Shown: positions 48,001-59,910 of the stretch, in pieces
Numbering within the stretch: position 1 is the first letter of the stretch
Layout: each line of letters begins with the position of its first letter
Source of the DNA: Octopus vulgaris
Taxonomy: Eukaryota
DNA: 64,000 nt
NCBI GenBank assembly: GCA_951406725.2
Contig: OX597820.1
Coordinates: forward strand, 106,888,001-106,952,000
Reading direction: 5' to 3'
The notes under the pieces: model-generated
Seen by the model: the letters and a program-made list of their open reading frames with translations, nothing else
What the model was told of the DNA's origin: nothing
The model's database searches: none
Made by a program: the position numbers and the translations under genes

Positions 48001-51000
48001 AACATGAAAAATGGATGTTAAAGTTATCTTATTCTTTTCTACTCTAGGCACAAGGCCCAAAATTTTTGGGCAGGGGTGCCAGTTGACTAGATTGACCCCA
48101 GTACACAACTGGTGCTTAATTTATCGACCCCGAAAGGATGAAAAGTAAAGCTGGCCTCAATGGAATTTGAACTCAGAACATAAAGACAGGCGAAATACCT
48201 CTAAGCATTTTGCCCAGCATGCTTACGTTTCTGCCAGCTTGCTGCCTTATGTTGTGTGTTATTGAATATACCGAAGAGCAAAGAAATAGTGATAGAATTC
48301 AATTAGGTATATTTTCTATGGCCAGATGCCTTTCCTGTTGCTAACCCTCACTTGTTTCCAATCAGGGTGACATTTCCCCATGTTTTCATTGAAAATTGAA
48401 AACAAATGATATCACTTGTATGATGGTGACACTACTTACAACTTCTACATGATGTCAAGATGAAGAGGCACAAATGCACTTGTGCAACACATGTATATGT
48501 ATATGAAGGGCTTCTTTCAGTTTTTCTCAACCAAATCCACTCACAGGGTTTCTGTCAAACTGGGGCTGTAGTAGACATTTGCCCAAGGTGCCACACAGTG
48601 GAACTGAACCCAAAACCAGGTGGTTGGGAAGTAAGCTTCTCAACCACACACTCATGCCAGCACCTGTGTACAGTATATTAAACATTTATTTATACTTCAT
48701 AAATATATTCACATTAGAGAGTGTATGGATCACTGTCTTGTTAAATACAGGAAAGTTTTGATGAAATGAAGTAATCAGAAAATAAAAGCAACATTGATAG
48801 CAAAGAAACTACCTTTTATTAAGGTAAAAATTCATAATTTCTCTCTATGTATTAATGTCAGTGTTGATTATGTCCCATGAATTTACATATAGCAAAAAGC
48901 GACTGAAGGGATTTAAACCAGTCATATCAGCCCTAAATGTTCTGTTTTATGTTCAAATTGGCTACATCCAGCTTCTTGCACCTGTCCTACAATGTCATTC
49001 TGAAACTAAACAATCTCATCATTGAAATCTTAAACCTTCAAGATAATATGTGATTAGTTCAAAACAAATGTGAATTGGTAAGCATTTTGGTTGATGGGTT
49101 ATTTTTTTTTTTTTTTTGAGAATTGAATTTTAAACACTGCTTTTCAATGCATTATTCTTCTGATTTCAAAAAATTAAAATTGTTTTAATTTAATAAATTT
49201 TTAATTAAAAAATTTTTTTTCCTAGTTCCTGAAGGTAGAAAACAAAAATCTTAAGTTCTTTTTTTTTCTAAATATATAATTAAAAAGGAGTAGAGAGTTT
49301 TTTTTATTTTTTCAACCAATACTTGAACAATAAAAACTTGTTGGGAAAAATGGATGTAAAATGATATTGATATTTTGTTCATTTAAACATATCTCTCTGT
49401 TAGTGTAGGTACGTGGCTTAATGGATAGGGTAACGATCGTAAGGTCAGGAATTCATTTCCTGGTGACATGTCCTTGAGCAAGACACTTTATTTCACATTA
49501 CTGCAGTCCACTCAGCTGGCAAAAATGAGTAAGCATTTGTATTTCAAAGGGCCAGCCTTGTCACACTCTGTGTTTCTGTGTCATACTGAATCTCCCTTAG
49601 AACTACGTTAAGGGTACATGTCTGTGGAGTGCTCAACCACTTGCACATTAATTTCATGACCAGGCTGTTCCATTGATCAGATCAACTGTTTTAACCAACA
49701 GTGCCAGTTCTGTTAGTGCAAATATACTTTATTCTCCTTAATTTTAACACCTATAAAATGCACAGTTGCTTGTAGCAGTGAACATAATTACTCTATATAT
49801 TTATACAACACTTCTGGCTATAAATCTAGTTTTCAGTGAGTGCAATGAGAATAGAAACGTAAAGGAAATCATGGAAAGAATTATTACAATGATGGTGGAT
49901 TGGGAAAAAAATGTAATTGAAAAAATTGAAAATATTTCACAATTTAGAAATATTTTGTTTCTTTCTCTTCAGTTACATACTAAAAGTACCATTTGCCAGT
50001 GAAGATTTACAAGGGATCGTGTATGTTTGGATTGGGACTAAAGCTGATCATGAAGAGGCAAGATTAGCTGAACAAAATGCTTACAATATGTTCAAAGTAA
50101 GTGCATCTGGGTGATTTTTGCTTGTTTTTATGTTGTTTTTTTTTTTTTTGCTATTTGTCTTTTTTTTTTCCATTATAAATATCCATATTCTTTGTATTAC
50201 TGCAATAACTATCTTCGCTCATCTTAATGAGTGACTGTTTGCTTGCACCACCACAGTCCATGCAAGTCACCCATGTGTCTTTTTATTTTCTTTTAGTTTG
50301 CACATGGCTTGGTGGTTAAGGTATTCGGCTTGAGAGTTCAATTCCTAGCAGCATGTTGTGCCCTAGAGCAAAACACTTTATTTCACTGTGCTGCAGTCCA
50401 CTCAGCTGGCAAAAATGAGTAGTACTTGTATTTCAAAGGGTCCAGCTTTGTCACACTCCGTGTCATGCTGAATCTCTCTGAGAAGTATGTGAAGGGGTAT
50501 GCATGTCTGGAGTGCTCACCCACTTGCATGTTAATCTCACGAGCAAGCTGTTCTGTTGATCAGATCAACTGGAACCCACATCATCATAAGTGACCGAGTG
50601 TCAGTTAGTTTGCTTTTACATTTCTTTTTCTATGCCTGCATTGGTTAGATGAATATATTATTAAGGCATTGTTTTACAGCCAGATGCTCTTCTTGTCATT
50701 AATCCTGACCTGCTTGTCAAGTAAGAGATTTAATGTCACATCTATGAAGGTGCAAAGTGAGCAGATAGTTTGTAGACTGAAGTGACAACAACCCTGCCAC
50801 CTTGTAGCGACTTTTGTAAAGCATAAATGTAAACACACACAACAACTTTTTTCAGTTTCTGTCTATGAAATTCATTTACAAGGCTTTGTTTTGCTTTGGG
50901 CCATAGAAGACATTTGTCGCCTGGTTCCAGATGCAGTTCCACTGTGTGACACCTTGAGCAAGTGTCTTCTGCTACAGCTAAAGCTTTATGAGTAGATTTG

Positions 51001-51990
51001 GTAGACAAATTGAAAAAAGTTCATTCTATGTGAGTGTGTGTGTGTGTGTTTGTATTTGTGCTTCAATGGAAATATGCTAAGCTACAATTAAGGGTATAAT
51101 CGATTCTTCTGTAAGCAAATCATCCACTAGCTTTGTGACTTCCAAAGCATAAAATAAGAGTTCTCTTGTAAAACAGGGTTAGCAACAGACAATGCATTAA
51201 ACAGTACCTTTTAGCATGGAACAATGAACATTAACAACAAACATCTAGTTTCATCTAATAGTTTGCCAGCAGTGTGACACAATAATGCTTGATGGGCTTG
51301 TGAAATGTTGTACAGTAAGTAATTGCAGTTTCGTCACAGAAAAAGTGAAGAAATCAACATTAGTCATGTTATTTACCACTACTCTAAAACCATTTTACCT
51401 ATGCCAAATCATTGAAAGTCGGAATTTTATAACTTACATGATATTTCACCTTAAATATCAGATGGAAATTGCCATCAGATTTTACAACTGAAATGCATCA
51501 GATTCTGGAGATAAGGGAATTGTATACAACGACAATCTATACACCACTGAAAAATCTATTTTGCACAATCTATACTTGGTGTTGTAAGGATTCACAGTAC
51601 AAACTGTTAATGGTTTTCCTCAGGTTTATACTTATCTTGCTAATTAACTTGAGGGAGAATTTACACTTATGTAGTAAATATGTTATAAGAATTCACAGTG
51701 CAAAACTTTTGGTATATTTTCACCAGCTCTGTATTATGGCTGTGATAATGGTGATGAATATCTTTGAGGGAGGAGATTGTTCTTCAATGACTTTGATTCA
51801 GTGACTTAGATTGATGACTTTGAATGTTGTTATGTTGCAGGAAAACTTTACAATTCAAATGATTAATGAAGGAGAAGAACCTGAAAACTTCTTCTGGGTT
51901 GGCATTGGAGGTCGTAAACCTTATGAAAGAGTTAGTATCTGAATATTTTTATTTTGATATTCTACTTTGAATTGGAAATGTTATGTAATT

Positions 51991-52026
<36 letters not shown>

Positions 52027-55000
52027 GTGTACAATGAGTTTCATAAATTAGGTGATAAATTCTTATTTAACCTTGCACTCCCCCTGCTTCAATTAATTTT
52101 GGAAATAATGAAGAACTAAGAACTTAGTAAAATAACTTTCATTATTAACCTGTTATTTATAACAAATTAATGTAAAACTTAGGTGGAAAATTTTAAATTA
52201 GATCACTTTAAACATAACCTTTGTGTCATAGAATCAAGGGTAGTCTCAGTTCGTTGATTAACTAAAAGAGTTAAATGAGTCTATATATAACTTAAGTTCA
52301 GTTGTTCTCCTGACTACTACTCCACCTTGGAAATAAATGACTGTCGTCACAATCCATTCCCTTGCCCTGAAGTCAGTAAGGCTGATTATATGCTGATCAT
52401 AAAGTATTAATGACTCTAATTCATTTGTGTATAAGATATATAGATATGATGGAATGTAAATTCCAATTCTGGAAAACAGTCTTTCCATCCAGTGCCAGCA
52501 TTTATAATAATCACACATGACTCAATCTATTTACACAATGGAATAGGAAAAGGCTAAGAGTTTACAACAACAACAGCAACAAAAATTTACCTTGTCTTGA
52601 TGTCATGATAAACAACAGATGACAAAACAAATTAACATTTATCTCCATTTCAAAAACCAGTATTGCTACATAGTTCATGAGTTATGTCTGACTATATACA
52701 ATCTTCCTTCTAAAACTTCATGAAATCCTCTGTAATCATTGCAATAACACAGCAGGTGTGTGCTATATAGTCACTAAGCACAATTATAGGAGTGATGTCA
52801 GATTAAGTTTGGCCTATCATCCAGTAACCCCATAGTGCTGTCCTTTGGAGTGGATACAAAATGTTTGTTTATTAGTTTCTTTCTATTATCATATATTGTT
52901 TTCAAAAAAAAACAAAAAACTATCACAATCTGAAGGTGGCAAATTTCAGAGAACTTGGTCTGAGATTGAATTCCTCAGAGCTGTTGTACTTTCACATCCA
53001 TTTTGTCATTATCTGTGAGTTCAGTTATTTTCATTAAATATGACTTGAAGTGAGATGAGCTCTAGCAAAGTGATTTGCCCTTAATTATAAAGTCAGATTA
53101 AATCTTTTATAAAGTTAAATAAAACTATAAATCAAATATCATTTTCAGAGGTTTTCCATAGATGGTCCCAGTCAGTTTCTATAGACAGTCCCTGTTAGTT
53201 TCCATAGATAGCTGTAGTTTCTATACGTAGTCCCAGTTGGTCTCTTTGGATAATCCCAGTTTCCAAGAACTTCCATGGATTGTTCCTGTTAATTACTTGG
53301 TATTTAGCTTATTTACATTTTGATTTTCAAAAAAAAAATCCTCTTTCAATATTTATCAAGCTTTTTATTAAGAATAAATTATTATTTTCAGTTTGTAGAG
53401 ACTAAAGTTTCGGATTTTTTTCATTTCAGAGTGCAACTTTCATGCAGTATGCACGTCTTTTCCGCTGCTCAAATGACAAAGGCTATTTTACTGTATCAGA
53501 GAAGTGTGCCGACTTTTGTCAGGTAAAATGCAAATGAAACTTATAATAGTTATATCACAGAAACATATTAAAATGTTTATATCATTTCTAGCAAGTGATT
53601 TGTTAACTTGTAGCACAAACTAAAATTCTGCTATGATAAATATACAATAGATTTGTATTTTACTCAGTTTGTAAAATATCATACACCTACTTAATTTCAT
53701 TTAACACTAGTAGATCATTATCGTTTTAATATCCACTTTTCCTTGCTTATATATGGGTTAGATGAAATATGTTGGGGCAGATTATCTATTGCTGGATAGT
53801 CTTCTAGTTGCCAACATCCATTTATTTTCCAAGCAAGGTAATATTTCTCCATGGTTAAAATAAGTACTTGGGTTGACTTGTTCAATAGAACCTTAAAGCT
53901 AGTGCCCCAGCATGGTCGCAGTCCAATGATTGATACAAATAAAAGATAAAAGCTGTGTGTGTGTGTGTATAGATAGACAGAAACAATATCTTTGTTTCTG
54001 TATGAGTTAAAAAGTCTATTTTATATAATTTTAAATTTTATTCAGCTGTCATCAGAAAAAAAAAAATTTTTGAGAACAATTTATGACTTAATTATCTTAA
54101 ATTGCAGGATGATTTGGCAGATGATGATGTCATGATCCTTGACAATGGAGAAAATGTATTCCTCTGGGTTGGTCGTAAAACCAGTGATGTTGAAATTAAG
54201 TTAGCCTTCAAGAGTGCACAGGTGACATATTATGGCTTTCTTTCATTTACAAATCCTAATTTTATTTTGTTTCAACTTTGTTTTATACACAATTCATAAA
54301 CAATTTCACAATAAATTTTATCTCACTGCATCATAAACAAACTGATAAAAAAACATTTCCTTTGCTACAAACCTTAGATTTTTAGAACTTCTAATGATGC
54401 TGCATGATTCATTAATTCATTTATACATTCGTTGTTTTCCATGGTAACATGGGTTAAATGAATACATTATGAAGGCATAATTTTAAAGCCAGATGTCATT
54501 CCTGTCACTAACCCTTGCTTGTTTTTCAAGTACAGGAGGGATCCCTTGTTTTACACATCTTCAAAAACACGAAGCAAGTGTACAATTTCTTGGCAGGAGA
54601 ATTGACAGCAACTACACTGCTCCTTGTTCACAACTTCCATAGAGTGCAAATGTAAACAAAGATACAGAAATGCACATACATATATCATTGTAATCATCAT
54701 TTACTATCCATGTTCCATGCTGGCATAGGTTGGACATTATTCAACCCTATTCAGTCTTTACAGTTGTCACCTACTCTTTCCCACCATCCCTACTTATCGC
54801 TCAACATTTCTACTCATATATACCATTTTCACATCCACTTTTCCAAGCTTGCATGGGTTGGATGGAGTTTATTGAGGTAAATTATCTATGGCTGGATACC
54901 AAGCAAGGTTAATATTTCCCCAAAACCAAGAATGATTTCACAGAATATTGGAAATTGATGACATTCACCCACAACAATCACACAATGTCAAAACAAGGAA

Positions 55001-57029
55001 GTACAAACATACATACAGATATATGTGTGCGTGAGAACCTGAAATCATGTGGTTAGGAAGCACACTTAACTAAAAAGACATACCTGCAACCTATACTCTG
55101 TCATATATGTACAGGTAGTATCTACAGTATATACTTATGACATTGTCTTTAGCAGTCTGTTGTAGATATTGTCTATAGCAATATATTGTAAGTATTGTCT
55201 GCAACAGAATAAGTATATGAGAGCTGAGTAGATAAACAACACCAATATAAGACGAGGAAATATGATGATCTTGTGAAGGATGTGACAGAAGAAGGGTATC
55301 GTTGCATAGTACAAGTAGTGGAAGTTAGCGTATGAGGTTTGTTGTAGCCTCCATGGGCCAACTACTAAGTCAGCTCAGAATCAAAGGTTACAAAAGAACA
55401 GTGATGATGAAATGACTGTTAGGCACAACTGAGAACTCAATGTGGAGAAAGGGAAATGATAGCTGCAGCTGTGAAACAGAATACTGCAAGCTGCTAATAG
55501 GAAGATACCCCATATTTAAATTGATCCACAGTGCAATGTTCTTTCAACAGTTTTCATGGCTTAGTGTTTACCAGAGTTCAGGAAAATAAGATCACTCAAA
55601 GATTCCAGAGTTAAAGGACATGTGATGCTGCCTTACTTCTTTCCACAAGGCCTAGAGTTAACTCTGCCACCTACATTGAGGAGCTGGAAATAATTGTTAA
55701 GCCCTGGATAGACAGTATTTAATAGAAGGCTCTATGTGTTTCAGTAAGACTCTGCTCTATCACACAAGGCTCTAGTAACACAGGAATGGATAGCTGAAAA
55801 TTTTCATGATCACACAACCCCTAACATTTGGCCTCCTAATTCCCTGGATCTCAACCCATTGGACCATTACATGTGGAACATGTTGAGAGAGAGGTCAATA
55901 AACACACCATAACACCAAAGATTCTTTGAAAGCTGCCATAGTCAGAGTAATGTCCAGAATGAACCAAGACCACTTGATTTGAGCATGTAGATGATTTAGA
56001 TCTCATATAGAAGCAGTTGTTGAAGCTGAAGGTGACTTTATTGTATAACATTATAGCAAAGGTTTATTTTTATTCTCATAGCATATGACATAAATCTGTC
56101 CTCAAATATCTTAAGCACCCTGTATATAAAAATTGTATATTATTATTATTATCATTATTATTATTATTAATGGCTTTTAATTCATCGCTACATTCTGACT
56201 TTTCCATCAACATCAGCTTTGCCTTTCATCCTTTCAGTGGGTTAATAAATTAAGTACCAGTGAAATACTGGGGTCAGTGTAATCAACTAGTTTCCTCCCC
56301 ACAAATTTCGGGCATTGTGCCTTTAATAGAAAGGATTATTATTAAGGTGGCAAGCTAGCAGAACTGTTAGCACACAGGGCTAAAAGTTTAACAGCATTTT
56401 GTCTATCTTCACATTCTGAATTCAAATTCAGCCATGATTTTGCCTTTTATCTTTTGGGGGCTGATGAAATAAGTACCAGTTGAGTACTGGGGGTCAATGT
56501 TATCAACTATCTCCTTTCACCAAATTTTAGGCCATGTGCCTCTAGTAGAAAAGATTACTATTATTATTTAGAAGGGGGCAAGCTGGCAGAATCGTTAGCA
56601 TGCTGGGGAAAATGCTTAGCGGCATTTGAGTTCAAATCTCGCCGAGGTTGAATTTGCTTTTCGTCCTTTTGGAGTAGATAAATTAAGTACCAGTTGCATA
56701 CTGGGGTCGATATAATTGATAGGCCCTCACTCCCCAAAAATTTCAGGCCTTGTGCCTGTAGTAGAAAGGATTGTTGCTGTTGCTGGTTGATGTAAATGAC
56801 TTACTCCCTCCCTTGAAATGACTGGCCTTGTACCAAAATTTGAAACCACCATTATTATTATTATTTACATGAAGTATATTTTCAACTTTTCCAGGTGTAC
56901 ATACAACACATGCGCAATAAGCAGCCTGACCACAAGCGTGTCCTATTGTTTGCTCCCAAATATCGTGAAAACAAAAAGTTTACCAAGTGTTTCCATGGTT
57001 GGTCTAAATACAAAGAGGTTTTGAGTTGA
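15499..57029 (+). CDS. FLII: Protein flightless-1 homolog (LRR + gelsolin repeats), 5'-partial, 24 coding exons in window, 872 aa + stop
   Basis: Hand-spliced exons all have GT-AG ends and consistent phases (2619 nt). The translation is collinear with human FLII as recalled, from LDVRENPNLVMPPKP to FTRCFHAWS. Confidence 0.97.
16887..16966 (+). CDS. FLII: FLII exon b ([15 protein letters not shown]...KVLK)
   Basis: tttag|ca ... aag|gtctga. Confidence 0.92.
17108..17178 (+). CDS. FLII: FLII exon c (GMRDVAKDK...)
   Basis: ttcag|gga ... aa|gtgagc. Confidence 0.9.
17644..17726 (+). CDS. FLII: FLII exon d ([27 protein letters not shown])
   Basis: ctag|a ... g|gtatgg. Confidence 0.92.
18447..21166 (+). 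mobile_element. Decayed hAT (Buster/SPIN/Charlie, GTF2IRD2-like) DNA transposon; transposase pseudogene ~19434-21166
   Basis: Left end caggggtggggaaaact; fragments [97 protein letters not shown]; many stops and frameshifts. Confidence 0.88.
21415..21465 (+). CDS. FLII: FLII exon e ([17 protein letters not shown])
   Basis: tcag|gc ... a|gtgagt. Confidence 0.92.
22256..22750. repeat. 23-bp minisatellite, ~21 copies, consensus TGTAGCAGTGCTACGACCTCTAC
   Basis: Period 23 (e.g. units start at 22561 and 22584); each unit has the palindrome GTAGCA-g-TGCTAC. Confidence 0.93.
23485..23597 (+). CDS. FLII: FLII exon f ([12 protein letters not shown]...IYYWIG)
   Basis: atag|gt ... cca|gtaagt. Confidence 0.94.
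23843..24028 (+). CDS. FLII: FLII exon g ([16 protein letters not shown]...SGFYTVED)
   Basis: ttag|ctt ... att|gtgagt. Confidence 0.95.
25669..25725 (+). CDS. FLII: FLII exon h ([19 protein letters not shown])
   Basis: ttcag|gga ... aga|gtaagt; phase 0-0; fills the expected gap in the protein. Confidence 0.85.
26502..26617 (+). CDS. FLII: FLII exon i ([18 protein letters not shown])
   Basis: tacag|tgt ... ag|gtaaac. Confidence 0.94.
27119..27248 (+). CDS. FLII: FLII exon j ([17 protein letters not shown]...FW)
   Basis: aacag|g ... aga|gtaagt. Confidence 0.94.
27690..28585 (+). mobile_element. Two tandem (GAT)n-tailed SINE-like retroposons (~27690-28233 and ~28260-28585)
   Basis: Core gtggttggcgttaggaagggcatccagctgt...gtccaacccatgctagcatggaaa..ggacattaaa(gat)n present twice. 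Confidence 0.85.
28600..28870 (+). mobile_element. RTE-clade LINE 3' fragment
   Basis: [11 protein letters not shown] ... [20 protein letters not shown] ... [13 protein letters not shown], typical of the RTE C-terminus. Confidence 0.7.
29432..29772. repeat. ~340-bp near-perfect palindrome (foldback) between (TA)n tracts
   Basis: Arms ~170 bp; centre ctcttatctg-t-cagataagag at 29602; one mismatch (29591/29613) and one homopolymer indel seen. Confidence 0.95.
31657..31860. mobile_element. TTAA-flanked piggyBac-like MITE, second family (partial inverted copy at ~48913-49100)
   Basis: ttaa-ccctttaacatt ... aatgctaaagag-ttaa. Confidence 0.7.
32550..33800 (-). mobile_element. Degraded RTE-clade LINE fragment interrupted by a hAT MITE
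   Basis: Minus-strand remnants [12 protein letters not shown](YGAE) and [21 protein letters not shown]; boundaries approximate. Confidence 0.6.
33188..33476. mobile_element. hAT-Charlie-like MITE
   Basis: TIRs cagtggttctcaa / ttgagaaccagg; flanks cttcagat / ttctagat resemble a degenerate 8-bp nTCTAGAn TSD. Confidence 0.7.
35192..35276 (+). CDS. FLII: FLII exon k ([28 protein letters not shown])
   Basis: tccag|gaa ... g|gtaaca. Confidence 0.95.
35687..35908. mobile_element. TTAA-flanked piggyBac-like MITE, family 1 (other copies ~16550-16772, 17194-17417, 17949-18180, 52067-52261, 58553-58735, 62053-62280)
   Basis: ~220 bp, TTAA at both ends, short TIR (ccttt...tac / gtaatgaaagg); highly similar to the copy at 62053-62280. 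Confidence 0.82.
36882..36969 (+). CDS. FLII: FLII exon l ([23 protein letters not shown])
   Basis: ttcag|tt ... tg|gtaagt. Confidence 0.94.
37083..37196 (+). CDS. FLII: FLII exon m ([19 protein letters not shown]...LEG)
   Basis: aacag|g ... gg|gtaagt. Confidence 0.95.
37652..37795 (-). mobile_element. tRNA-derived SINE
   Basis: Minus strand tggcatcgtggttaag (A box) ... gagttcgattcc (B box); acceptor stem does not pair, so not a tRNA gene. Confidence 0.72.
38272..38380 (+). CDS. FLII: FLII exon n ([28 protein letters not shown])
   Basis: ttcag|a ... aag|gtaaag. Confidence 0.95.
39113..39640 (+). mobile_element. (GAT)n-tailed SINE-like retroposon with internal direct and inverted modules
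   Basis: Module gaggcaatgacaaat...gacctttggt...gagaagacc occurs twice forward and once inverted; family 3' core at 39485-39640. Confidence 0.78.
40685..40768 (+). CDS. FLII: FLII exon o ([22 protein letters not shown])
   Basis: tcag|gtg ... gca|gtaagt. Confidence 0.94.
41815..41911 (+). CDS. FLII: FLII exon p ([27 protein letters not shown])
   Basis: ccag|gaa ... g|gtacat. Confidence 0.96.
43392..43581 (+). CDS. FLII: FLII exon q ([16 protein letters not shown]...[19 protein letters not shown])
   Basis: gtag|gt ... ag|gtttgt. Confidence 0.96.
44255..44480 (-). mobile_element. (GAT)n-tailed SINE-like retroposon
   Basis: (CAT)n plus family core; close reverse complement of 28375-28585. Confidence 0.85.
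45388..45604 (+). CDS. FLII: FLII exon r ([17 protein letters not shown]...[11 protein letters not shown])
   Basis: ttcag|c ... cag|gtatag. Confidence 0.96.
45796..45921. mobile_element. 126-bp Tc1/mariner-type MITE
   Basis: Perfect 25-bp TIRs aggttgtcccaaaagttcgtaaaca / tgtttacgaacttttgggacaacct in TA-rich flanks. Confidence 0.85.
47105..47142 (+). CDS. FLII: FLII exon s, 38 nt ([13 protein letters not shown])
   Basis: tacag|atc ... tg|gtaagt; matches human INTDSSLLNSEFC. Confidence 0.92.
48030..48250 (-). mobile_element. SINE with gcctttcatcctttcggggtcgataaattaagtaccag-type core
   Basis: Reverse complement of the units at 56340-56770. Confidence 0.8.
49408..49710 (+). mobile_element. tRNA-headed SINE (second copy at ~50300-50605; the two flank FLII exon t)
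   Basis: Two ~300-bp direct copies sharing gagcaa.acactttatttcac...gcagtccactcagctggcaaaaatgagta...gatcagatcaactg. Confidence 0.8.
49973..50096 (+). CDS. FLII: FLII exon t ([21 protein letters not shown]...MFK)
   Basis: ttcag|t ... aaa|gtaagt. Confidence 0.95.
51841..51930 (+). CDS. FLII: FLII exon u ([21 protein letters not shown])
   Basis: tgcag|gaa ... aga|gttagt. Confidence 0.95.
53150..53290. repeat. Degenerate ~23-bp tandem repeat (gtttccatagatagtcccagtta-like), ~5-6 copies
   Basis: Recurrent ttt(c/ct)catagat / gtccc motifs. Confidence 0.55.
53430..53522 (+). CDS. FLII: FLII exon v ([23 protein letters not shown])
   Basis: ttcag|agt ... cag|gtaaaa. Confidence 0.96.
54108..54221 (+). 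CDS. FLII: FLII exon w ([15 protein letters not shown]...[10 protein letters not shown])
   Basis: tgcag|gat ... cag|gtgaca. Confidence 0.96.
55615..56124 (+). mobile_element. 3' half of a Tc1/mariner-superfamily (maT/DD37D-like) transposon, decayed
   Basis: Remnant translation YVFQ*DSA.SH ... [13 protein letters not shown] ... [16 protein letters not shown]; right end gcaccctg-TA. Confidence 0.8.
56170..56868 (+). mobile_element. Head-to-tail array of 3 SINE copies plus a tail fragment, separated by (TTA)n
   Basis: Repeated tttgccttt.atcctt...aagtaccag...tactggggtc...ttgtgcct...tagaaag.att(att)n. Confidence 0.85.
56895..57029 (+). CDS. FLII: FLII last coding exon (VYIQHMRNK...[16 protein letters not shown])
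   Basis: ccag|gtg; TGA at 57027-57029. Confidence 0.96.
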   Translation: MYIQHMRNKQPDHKRVLLFAPKYRENKKFTKCFHGWSKYKEVLS

Positions 57030-58514
57030 ATTTTTTGCTGCTGTTCTACCAAGAACAAATATAATTGTACAGTTGACATATATATGTATTTATATATATA
57101 TATATACATACATATGTGATGTGAATGTTCATAGTCTCTTGCAGTTTGGAGATTTAATCATTCTCAAATGAGATAAACTGTTATTAAATGTGCAGACTGC
57201 AAATAGACTGAAAATGCTTATTAAAAAAGTTGCATTGCATAATTTAGTAGCTTTGTTGAAACCCTTTATGTGTGTGTGTGTGTGCATATGCACACACACA
57301 ATATATATGTCTGTATATAGTGCGTGCATGTGTGTTTATAACAGTACTATCTAGGCTGGTGTCTGACAGTTGTTATTTCTGAGTGGTTGATGTGAAGATG
57401 GCAATACCAGACCAGTCATTGACAATACTGAGTATCTTGGCAATTCTCCTTGGGTTTGAAACTTTAGTAAAAACTGTGAACTGCTTGTTTGTTTGTTTAA
57501 TTATTTGAATAGTGGTATTAATGATTATTATTGTGATAATTATGCTAATGGTGAAAGGAATATAAGCAATGATAATTTCTACATAAATAAAAATATATTT
57601 GGAAAATTTAACAATATCAAAACCATGAATGTGTATGTATGCATGCATGTATGTATGTATGTATGCAATGAAACTTGTTGCTTGAACAATCATTCGATTG
57701 GAGTAACAAAAGCGTTGTGTTGACGATTATAATGATGGTGGTGGTGACAATTATGATGTCAGCAATTATACATGGCTGCATCTTCTCTTATATATTTATT
57801 GTGATAAGTTGGCTGTTTGTAGCATGACTAATTAATTAATTACATTGAGCATGGCAGACAGGCATTAATTGTTTTCTTTAAAAAGAAATGTTAACATTAG
57901 AAGAAGCAGGTAAGGTGTCAAACATTACTAATGTCCATATTGTATTGTGACCCTTACACTGCTTCCTTACAAAACAACTCTACTTGCCTAAGGCTTAATG
58001 CCTAACTCTAAAAACTCACAATAGTTATACATATATAATACATTATGTATGTATATTTCTTTTCTGGAGATTAATGTGTATATGAGTGTGTACACGTATG
58101 TGTGTATTGCTGAATGATTTTGTTGAAAACTTAGATTTATGTATACATTTGTTATACAGGATCGTGTTGCTGATGTGTTGAGAGAGATGTGAGCTAAGCT
58201 AGCAACAACTGTTGGTTGCATTGATACTTAAACTTTATATGCCTTCTGTGATTGCATGATGTGGCCATAGTTCTGTTGATTGGTGTCACAACATTAATAC
58301 AACCAAAAGCAGCAAACTGCAGAATTAATGTGTAACTATAAACACAGTAACTAATGCATGATACAATATTTCGTTTTAATATCCATTTCATTTTAATGTG
58401 GAATATTTCTTTTTAACTTCTGCTCATTTCGGTTTTTCTTTTGGTTTTTTTTTATGTTTCTAATGTTTTCTTTTTCCCTCCCCATTATTATTGTTACACA
58501 GTTTTATTTGAGAT

Positions 58515-58520
58515 AATAAA
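58515..58520 (+). promoter_or_regulatory. Candidate FLII polyadenylation signal AATAAA (implies ~1.5-kb 3' UTR)
   Basis: U-rich upstream, GT/T-rich downstream (cttcttgttgttgttt); transposon relics resume immediately after. Another AATAAA lies at 57586. Confidence 0.5.
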
Positions 58521-59910
58521 ACAAGATCTTACATTTTACTTCTTGTTGTTGTTTAACCCTTTTGACATTCAACCTGCCTGAAACCACCTCTGGTTCTATG
58601 ATACAAACTTAAATTCCAGCTTTAAAGTGACCTAAGTTAAAACTTTACATCAAAATTTCTTAGATTTATGTATACATTTGTTTAATTTATGACTGTGGTA
58701 CTAAATTCTTCAATATTTTCAAAATTAAATCAAATCAATGGTAGTGTATTTCAACATAAATATAGTAATAAAAGATAGGCAAGAGAGGAGCAGACAGTTT
58801 ATTAATTAAAATTAATTGGGTTCGATAAGAAGCTTGCTTTCCAAGTGATCTCAGGTTCAGTCCCAATGTATAGCACCTTGGGAAAGACATCTGCCTCAAT
58901 AACTCTGTCCAACCTATGCAAGCATGGAAAAAGTGTATATTAAAATGATGATGATGATGAATAAAGACACAAATTTTGTGGTGTTCAAGGTCAGGGAATT
59001 GAATTGACTTCAGTATTTGACTGATACCTATGTTATCAACCCTAGTTGAAGGTAACCACAACAATATTTGAACTCAGAACATAAGACTACTTAACTAGAA
59101 GCTGTAAACATTAGATAGTCACAACTAGCCAAGTCACTGAGGTAGCAACTTCTGAATCAACAGTATTCCATCATTGGTACTTAGCTACATTCCTGGTGAA
59201 AAACACTTGATTCTCAAAGTTTCAGTCCTCCTAATTGTAAACATTATCAACTGGTAATTTGGCTGAGTTGTTAAAGCATCAACTAGATGGCCTTGCAGCA
59301 TTTATTCTGGTTCTCTGCACTACATTCAAATGCTGCAGTGTTCAACTTTGCATTTATTCTTCCAAGTTCTTCAGATGTTGTGTCTCATGGAAGCAGTAAC
59401 AGATTTCTGGTGATTTGCTATACTTGAGATGACATGTCAAACTAACTATAGTTGTGGCAGTGACACATGGAAGGCACCTATGCCAGTGATACATGATAGG
59501 AAAACCATGCCAGTGACATGTAAAAGACCGCCAGTATACTCTATGGAGTGGTTGACATTAAGAAGAGCATCAAGCCATAGAAACCAAACCAAAATAGACA
59601 AATGGAACCTGATGCAGCTCTTTGGCTTACTAGCTCCATTCAAACCATCATATCCATGTCAGCATGGAAAACAGATGCTATATTATGATGATGATGAACG
59701 TTGATAGAGTACCAGTCCTATCATTAGGATTCACTCTTCTTTTTTTGTATTTTCTATCTGTGTCTATGGAAGAAATCAGGTGTGTGGTAGACCCTAAAGA
59801 AGAATAGACTCAGTCATATCTAAAACTGGCCAAGGCACACTGTATATTCCAATGTGACACTCCTATGATTTCACCAGAAGTTGTAGTGCAACCAACACTT
59901 TTAATTTTTT

